A DNA stretch of 63,531 nt, the filler included, from Folioceros fuciformis (lineage: Eukaryota): assembly GCA_049999805.1 (NCBI GenBank). It is 9 parts of 9 records of this genome, joined end to end, with 100 filler letters (N's around TTAATTAATTAA, not from the genome) between each part and the next. Parts side by side here need not be neighbours in the genome. Positions count along the whole stretch, not along the records: positions 48,816 to 57,912 come from JBNGIO010004714.1; positions 58,013 to 62,253 come from JBNGIO010004716.1; positions 62,354 to 63,531 come from JBNGIO010004720.1; 6 more parts are not named here. One strand, given 5' to 3'. This document shows positions 56,100 through 63,531 of the stretch, piece after piece (the stretch's first letter is position 1; every line of letters starts with the position of its first letter). The translations under genes were made by a program, and so were the position numbers. The notes under the pieces were generated by a model. The model was not told where the DNA came from, ran no database searches, and saw only the letters and a program-made list of their open reading frames with translations.

Positions 56100-57550
56100 A
56101 TGGCATCTGGTCGTCGTAGCAACAAACTTTAGCTTGTGGACAGGGATGTTGAGGCGCTTCCAAGAGTTTGAAAGCAAAGGAACGCCGGGAAAGCAACTGC
56201 GCGAGCGTCGTCTGGTCACAACCCCGATAGAGATGGACAACGACCTGCACCACCGGCTGGCGAAGAGGCTACTCCCTTTGCCTAGACTACTGGAGGAAGA
56301 AAGGATAACTCAGGTGGGAGTGAGAGAGCGTCCAATTCAAAACCAAGCGAAGGAACTCTGAACCACATTTCGATGACTGTGAATCACGGAGGTAGTCAGA
56401 ATTACAACATTCCAAATGCCTACAACTTTGTAGAGCGATTGAGACTGAAGAAGTTAGAAGACACTCTGGCCAAAAGATTCAACATTGACAAGGAATGGTT
56501 TTTGATAGCTAAAGATGAGCCTGATGACTTGAACTTGTCGTGGATTCCTCTTGTTGCTCTGTGGGTGAATGGGTTTCAAGGCTTGGTGGAGGACGAAGCA
56601 GGAAGGGCAGGATGGATTCTTTATGCGTTTGTGGACGGGGAAGACGACGAAACTGACTTGAATTTCATCCTCATCCGACACCCACCAAGCCACATTACGG
56701 ATGACTACGACAGTCACAGTTTAGTGGTTGTGAATGTTGCGAAAGCTATACCTCACCGATGCGAACCGCTGTGGATGAAAAACACGCTAAGAGATTGTCC
56801 TTTTTTGAAGGATGTAAGTGGTCTTATCAACCCTAAGTTAAAAATGTTGTTACCGAGAATTATCCTAAACCCTAACTTTTGTGGTTGGTTTTTCGCTAAC
56901 TAGGGTGGAGAACAGTTTTGTCGACAGTATTGCAATGTGTAGGCGACGCGGTGCTGAACAATAGGGCTCTTGTCGCGCGGCTTGCGGGGGGGAGCGGCAG
57001 CGGAAGTCGGTGCAAGTAGAATTCGGAGTCCTTCATACTCGTGCAGTGGGATTCGTGGAAGACAAGCAGGAGATGCCTCGTATGTAACCAGAGATTTCAA
57101 AAGAAGAGGCACCCTACGTTCCAGATCACAACGAAGAGGAGGAAGTCAAGGAAGTGGGGGAGATGGCTCAATACTCCTCAGCGGAAGACATTCTAACTGA
57201 AGCTTTGGAGATGCCCTACAATTCCTGCGAGGGTGATGCATCAGAGGAGTCTCTTGTAGAGATGACTCCACCGCGGAAGAGGGTGACCCAAGGGCGCCGG
57301 TCTACCAGCGCACCAAGGCAGCGGAAAAGGAAAGCATCAGCATCTTCTGCGAAACAGCGGAAGATGATATCTGGTGAGGCTATTGTGAGCAAGCTTGTAA
57401 TTTCTTTGGATTTGTTGCTGGCTTTCTGGATTCTGTTGATGAAACACTGACCACTGACCCCGATGTTACTCCTCCTGTGTGTCTCCACAGCCACATCTCC
57501 GCAGCCGAAACGGCGAAAGCCTACCTCCCCGGATCCGCCTCCAGGTCCCG
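56100..57550 (+). pseudogene. Decayed multi-exon gene of unknown family, divergent from the transposase
   Basis: One frame from MASGRRSNKL through ..RAGWILYAFVDG..CPFLKD broken only by TAG/TGA stops; donor GTAAGT at 56814; acidic then NLS-like exon (RKRKAS..KQRK); intron 57374-57490. Confidence 0.55.
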
Positions 57551-57912
57551 CCGGGAGCGACGTCGCGCGGCTCCACACCTGGATGTGGAGCTTCGCTCGG
57601 GAGGTGAAGGAGCTTTCCACCCCGGACTGCTTCGACGCAGTGACGGATGCCTTAGATGCGTACGTGGAAGCGTCCATGGCCGTGCGCGAGGACGTCGATG
57701 CCTGCACCCGGGACGTGGAGTCGTACTCCCGCGTGAGGGGATACAACATTGCCTGCATGTCGTTCTGCGCAATGGCCGAGATGATGGTGCAGGAGTTCCT
57801 TCCCCCGCATGTGCGCGCGCATCCCGCCATCCAGAAGTTGGCCTGAACCGCCTGCTTACATGTCGGTTTCCTGAACGACCTCTTTTCCTACGACAAGGAA
57901 GTGGCCAGCGCA
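57550..57912 (+). pseudogene. Microbial-type terpene synthase-like (MTPSL) C-terminal half with one in-frame TGA; cut by contig end
   Basis: ALDAYVEAS..VESYSRVRGYNIACMSFCAMAEM..LPPHVRAHPAIQKLA*TACLHVGFLNDLFSYDKEV; NSE/DTE metal-binding motif NDLFSYDKE at 57874-57900. Confidence 0.85.
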
Positions 57913-58012
57913 NNNNNNNNNNNNNNNNNNNNNNNNNNNNNNNNNNNNNNNNNNNNTTAATTAATTAANNNNNNNNNNNNNNNNNNNNNNNNNNNNNNNN
58001 NNNNNNNNNNNN

Positions 58013-61000
58013 TCAGGCTAGGTTCCGGCTGCTGATCCCACTCCTTCCCACCTCTTCTCCATCTTTCCCATTGCTCATGCTCCTCCCCTAGAGGCTGGCT
58101 CAGCCACCAAGGGTGAACAGTTGCAGGGGAAGACTTAGCGGGCGACCATCCAGCAAGGAAGAGGCGGCCTCCGCAGACCTTTGAAGATCAGACATCCTCC
58201 GAAGTCTCTGGATAGTCTAAGAGGTGGTAGATCCTTGTGGTGGTAGGGCTAGGAGCTCATTGGTGGCAGGTTGTGCTAGAAGTCTAAATAAGTGGCTGGT
58301 GACAGCCGGCTAGACTATTAAAATAATATTTCTCAAGTTAGAGAGAGGTGAAGTCAGAGAGAGAGAGAGAGGCTCCTATAAGATCAGGTGAGCCTGTAGG
58401 AGGAGGGAGTCATTCACTTTGGGGAGTCAGTCTATCTCTTTGTGAGCTCTTGGAGGTCCTCTCTTCCTGAGCTCTTGTGGTCTGTCCCTGCTTGGTTTAG
58501 GACTTGCAGTGTGTTGCCGGCTGTGCAACGTCTGGTAGGATCGCAAGCCGTGTGTTGCCGGCTGTACAGTGTCTGGTAGGATCGCAGGTGGCGTGTTGCC
58601 GGCTGTACAGTGTCTGGTAGGATCGCGGGCAGCGTGTTGCCGGTTGTATAGTGTCTGGTAGGATCACAAGGTGTAATGACCAGGGTGAAGGGGCTTGCCC
58701 CTAGCTCTTGATTGTAAAGGGTGTGTCTTTCTCTCGACCTGTCCACTCTTGTTCCTTGCTTGGTCAAGTGTTGTAGGCCGGCCATGTCTCATGGCGTCTG
58801 GTAAGGTTGTGGGGAGGAGATACCCAAGAGGGGAGTGTGTTCCCCTCTTCCTTTTGTTTGGGGTTAGTCTAGTGACTCTTGCCAGGTAGGAGGAGTCCGT
58901 AGGGAAGTGTAGAAGGTAGTGGTGTCGTTGCTGGTTGTTGGTAGTTGTTGGTGTTGGTGCTGGAGCGAGAGAGTGAGTGAAGTGTGTGAGGGAAGTCGCA
59001 GATCTGAGAGGTTAGAGTCGTTGTAGTGACTGGAGTGAGTTTGTGGGCACCAAGAGAGGTGCAGCTAACCGCCGGACAGCGAGGCCTGTCCTACGCCTGA
59101 TCGGAGCTGAAGGGGAGCCCTCGAATCCATCATCGAGTCGATCAAGTCCGACCCTCCATCCACAGCAGCAAGAAACCCCATCGCTCCTTCGTGGGAACGA
59201 AACCCAATGTCTCAACGACAGTGGGATAAGTGTGGCCACTAAAGGTGGAACCTGTCGGCAATCAGTGCCCGGGGTTTTGCCTCCACAAGGGCATACTGTC
59301 AGGATGGTGGATTTGGGTCAAGAGGTGACTTGTTTCCATACTGAAGTGGTGGAGAATGAAGATCCACAGGAGGATGAAGAGCAAAGGGAAGGAGCTGCCT
59401 TTTGGAAGGGGAAAGCCTATGACTATGATTTCCCAGAAGAAGGATTAGGAACAAGTGTAGGGAGTAGTCCCGAAGGAGTTTACGTGGATCCCGATGCTGT
59501 CGAGGACATGGAGTTGACCCCAGGGAAGAAGGTCAAGGTGTCCAAGTACCTCACACCCAAGGAGAAGGTAGGTTTGAAGGCACTGTTGACTGAATATTTG
59601 GATGTGTTTGCCTTCAAGGTGATGGACATGACAGGTGTTCCGGAGGAGCTGGGTGTTCATAGGATAGATCTCAAGGAGGGAAGCACACCGGTTCGGGTGA
59701 AGCAATATCGATTGAACCCAAAGTACTCCATGGTTGTGAAGGAGTAGTTGGATCAGTACTTGGAGGCTGGAGTCATCTATCCTGTCCTAACTAGTGAGTG
59801 GGTAGCTCCAATTGTGGTGGTGCCTAAGAAGCAAGCTGGCAAGGTGAGGGTTTGCCAGGACTTCAGGAAGCTCAATGAGGCGACCAAGAAAGACCATCAT
59901 CCACTCCCTTTCATGGACAGTGTGCTGGACACAGTTGCTGGACATGAGATGTACAGTTTCCTAGATGGGTATTGAGGTTACAATCAGATCACACTGCGGG
60001 AGGAGGATCGCGACAAGACGACTTTCACAACTGATTGGGGGACCTACGCCTACACCAAGTTGCCTTTTGGGCTCTGCAATGCTCCGACAACTTTTCAGCG
60101 GGTGGTGAATACCATTTTCAAGGAGTTCCTTAGGAAGTTCATGGAGGTGTTCTTGGATGAACCCTAACCTCAAGTTGCATCCGGGGAAGTGTTTCTTTTG
60201 CATGACGGAGGGTATCTTGCTAGCCCATAGAGTTTCAGCTAGGGGGTTGCAAGTCGACATGGAAAAGGTGAAGATCATCTCGGAGATGGATGCACCTCAG
60301 AGCGTGAGACAGGTTAGAGCCTTCATTGGGTTGGTGGGTTACTACAGGAGATTCATCAAGGACTTCGCTAAGAAGGCTGCAGCTTTGACCCAGCTAACGA
60401 AGAAGGATGTGCTGTATGAGTGGACCCCGGAGAGGGAGGAAGCGTTTCAGGACTTGAAGAGGAGTTTGGTGGCAGCACCCACATTGAGCCCACCAAATTG
60501 GGAGAAGACCTTTCATGTGTATGTGGATGTGTCAGCCTATGCTATAGGGGCCATCCTCAGCCAACAAGACGACAAGAAGAGGGATCACCCTATCTTCTAT
60601 GCCGGAAGGCAACTCACGGATGCGGAGAGGAATTACTCCACAACGGAGAGAGAGGCTTTGGGCATCATCTACGCTTGTAAGAAGTTCCGTCACTACCTTC
60701 TAGCTTGCAAGGTAGTATTTCATGTGGACCACTTTTCTTTGAAGTATCTTGTGAACAAGCCTGACCTATCGAGGAGGATCGCTAGGTGGATTCTCTTGCT
60801 GCAGGAGTTTGATTTTGAGGTGGAAACAAGAGCAGGGAAGAGCCATGTTAATGCTGACTTTGTTTCTAGACTCAAAACCAAAGGGAAGGTTAGAGAAACA
60901 GATGACAGGTTTCCTGATGAGGAGTTGATTGCTGCTGTACATATAGTAGAAGAGGGAGAGTTCGATGAACAGGTTACCGGTGAGGGAGGAGGAACCTCTA

Positions 61001-62253
61001 CAAGGGTTGAGAGTAGCCAGAAGGTCAGCCAGGCTCGAAGGAAGAGGAACCGCCGTAGCGACAAGTTGGGAAGGCCTTGTGCTAGGCAGTTGCTACCAGT
61101 TGAGGTGAGGAGATTTCTGGAGTTTGGAATCATGCCAGTTGGATTGAGCCGCGAGGGTAGGGCAGTGTTCTTGCACAAGACAGGCCCATATTGTTTGAAG
61201 CAAGGGGTCTTGTACAAAGTAGGCCCAGATGGTAAGGTGAGGCGTTGTTTGGAAGTGAATGAAGGTGTTGTGGTGACCGAAGCTTTGCATGCGGAAGAGG
61301 CAGGAGGCCACTATTCAGTCCCCATTACCATCAAGAAGATCTTGGATACTGGGTTTTGGTGGGCTACCATGCAGAGGGATGTGTGGGATTTTGTAAGAAG
61401 GTGTGATGCTTGTCAAAGGGTAGGGAGACCCACATTGACAACCAGGTGGTCGTTGACCTACATTTTGCCGTTGGCTCCGTTTGAGAAGTGGGGGATCGAC
61501 TTTGTAGGGCCGATTCGTCCACCTACTCGCTGGACAAGGAAGCAACACATCTTAGTGGCAACGGACTACTGTACCAAGATGGTGGAGGCAAAGGCTACCC
61601 AACGGGACGATGCCCCAACAGTGGCCAAATTTCTGTTTGAGAACATCATCACACGCTATGGGTGTCCGTTGGAGTTGGTCAGCGACAGAGGTACACATTT
61701 CCTCAATGAAGTCATCACCGCCTTGACCACTTACTTCAACATTCGACATAGGAAGACCACTCCTTACAATCCGAAGGCAAATGGGTTGACGGAGAAGACC
61801 AATGGTCTTTTGGGGACCATCTTGACTAAGGTGACTGTGACTCACATGTCCGATTGGGATACCAAGTTGCATTCAGCACTTTGGGCTTACAGGACAGTAG
61901 AGAAGATCACCACGAAGAGGACTCTATACTACTTGACCTATGGTATGTCGCCTGTTCTTCCCATTGAGTTTGAGATTCCCACTCACCGTGTCATGGAGGA
62001 GGCTAGGCTACCGGTGAGGGAGAGCCAAGAAGCTAGGTTGGAAGCTTTCATCACCTACGAGGAGGACCGAGAAGAAGCCTTCGAGGAGACACATAGGATA
62101 CAAGAGCAAAGGAAAACCCACCACGATGGTAGGTTGAGGAAGAAGGAGACCATCGTACAGGGCGATTTGGTGCTACTGTATGACAGTAGATACATGGATT
62201 TCCCAAGTAAACTAAGGTTGAGGTGGATGGGTCCTTACAAGGTGAAGGAAGTG
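58013..62253 (+). mobile_element. Ty3/gypsy element (probably non-chromovirus): LTR/leader and RT-RNase H-integrase; gag/protease not seen
   Basis: SEWVAPIVVVPKK..VRVCQDFRKLN; LPFGLCNAP; VYVDVSAYAIGAILSQ; NYSTTEREAL; H..GGH..CDAC; WGIDFVGP; SDRGTHF; RWMGPYKV; stops and a deletion in RT. Confidence 0.95.
58511..58671. repeat. 41-bp tandem repeat x4 in the gypsy LTR/leader
   Basis: GTGTTGCCGGCTGTACAGTGTCTGGTAGGATCGCA... at 58511, 58552, 58593, 58634. Confidence 0.92.
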
Positions 62254-62353
62254 NNNNNNNNNNNNNNNNNNNNNNNNNNNNNNNNNNNNNNNNNNNNTTA
62301 ATTAATTAANNNNNNNNNNNNNNNNNNNNNNNNNNNNNNNNNNNNNNNNNNNN

Positions 62354-63030
62354 CCAAATATCTTAGGACTCTCTTAGCTGCAACCCAATGCTCTGTCCCT
62401 AGGTTTTCCAGGAATTGAGAACAGTTTCCGGAAAAGGAAAACTGAGCTGAGCATCCATACGGGTAAGCGATGCCATCAGCTGTGTCTGATTGTGTGGGGA
62501 AGTGTGAGCTTCATCCAAGCCACAGCTGTGGCCGCTGACGTCTGTCTCGTGATCGCTTTTAGGTACTCCAAAGGTATAGATCGAGTGCTGGTGGCGTTCG
62601 CCGTGGCGGCACAACAAGTTTGCTGAGCGCCCTAACCGCCACGCGCGCACATGCTCGCGGAGCTTAAGAAGGTGCCACTTGATTAATGGCATCAGGGGTA
62701 GAGCTGAAATAAGTTTGTGTTCTTCTAACCCCAGTGACAGTTGATGTTGCTCATGTAGTAGCTTTGACAATCCTTTTGTGAGCATATCTGCCAAATTCTG
62801 AGCTGTAGGAACATAGACAAGCTCTATGATCTTCCGCTCCACTGCCTGTCTGATGTAATGGAATTGGATTTCAATATGTTTCGAACGGGCGTGTAGGATA
62901 GGGTTTGTAGATAGTGCGATGGCGGATTGGTTATCGCACTGCAAGGTTGTAGGCGAGCTTTGCTGAACTCGGATCTCTGAGAGAAACTGACGAATCCAGC
63001 ATATTTCCCTGGCAGCTAATGACAGAGCAC
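62354..63030 (-). mobile_element. Ty1/copia RNase H end and probable 3' LTR
   Basis: CDNQSAIALSTNPILHARSKHIEIQFHYIR..NLADMLTKGL; similarity stops abruptly near 63031. Confidence 0.9.
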
Positions 63031-63531
63031 TGTGTGAACCTCCAAAGTTTGGGGTAGTAGTTTGTTTTGGTTGAAAAAGGGTTAATAGTGGTATGGTTTG
63101 GTTTTCTTTTTCAACTTATTTTCCCTAATTTTCCTTGATTTTCTGGTCATTTTTCCTATTTTTCTTTGTGCTAATTGGGTTAATTGACCAAGAAATAGTT
63201 GGTTTGGTTATAAGAGTGGGTATAGGTTTGGTCCCAGAGCTGGGAAGGTTTAGGTTCGGTACCAGGCCATAGGGTTGGGTGATTAGTTTAATATTAATTA
63301 AAGATATATAATTATTAAATAATTAAACAATAATATAATAATATTAAAATAATATAATAATGGTTTGAACATAGGAACGGGTATCTGGGTATGTCAGTGT
63401 CAGGGGTCAGGGTTTGACGATAGGCTGGCTGATTGCTTGGCTGGCATGAACGGTTGTGGAGGCCATGCCCTAGCTAGAGCTAGAGGCAGGGGTTGCAGCC
63501 GCCCCCATCCCCTTTTCTCCCTTTCTCCCTT
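63031..63531. mobile_element. Probable LTR end inserted into the copia RNase H
   Basis: Begins with TG (TGTGTGAACC) exactly where RNase H coding breaks; non-coding composition. Confidence 0.45.

Noticed and set aside
57844-57846. TGA in the terpene synthase as a possible U-to-C editing site
   Set aside because: Reverse editing is organellar; in nuclear TE-associated DNA a CGA to TGA deamination is the simpler explanation.
58511-58671. CRISPR-like spacing of 41-bp units
   Set aside because: Units are near-identical with only ~6 variable nt, there are no unique spacers or cas genes, and the array lies in a plant retrotransposon LTR/leader.
62399-62730. Long C-terminal extension of the copia RNase H ORF
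   Set aside because: Most likely read-through into the PPT/3' LTR region; no protein-like features recognised.

Overview
Eukaryotic nuclear DNA from a land plant. It is most likely a non-seed plant (bryophyte, lycophyte or fern), inferred from a microbial-type terpene synthase fragment and a cyanobacterial-type DUF1825 gene. The window is not one locus: eight artificial 100-nt linkers (44 N + TTAATTAATTAA + 44 N) join nine unrelated contigs, so adjacency is meaningful only within a contig. Host genes: a ~32-exon UBP12/13 (USP7-type) deubiquitinase, an intronless MED25/PFT1 copy with internal duplication, a 5-exon putatively plastid-targeted DUF1825 gene that no single ORF shows, a VOC/glyoxalase-like gene, V-ATPase subunit c, and a tandem pair of nuclear-envelope genes (SINE1/2-like KASH protein followed by an intronless NEAP homolog). 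The rest is mostly decayed mobile DNA: several Ty1/copia and Ty3/gypsy elements (some nested), a LINE ORF1, an organellar-type group II intron RT fragment, F-box remnants, and a Sola-like transposase. That transposase has a hairpin array in its intron and a divergent accessory gene that splices in frame into a terpene synthase half. All family assignments come from motif recognition by eye; no database search was run.
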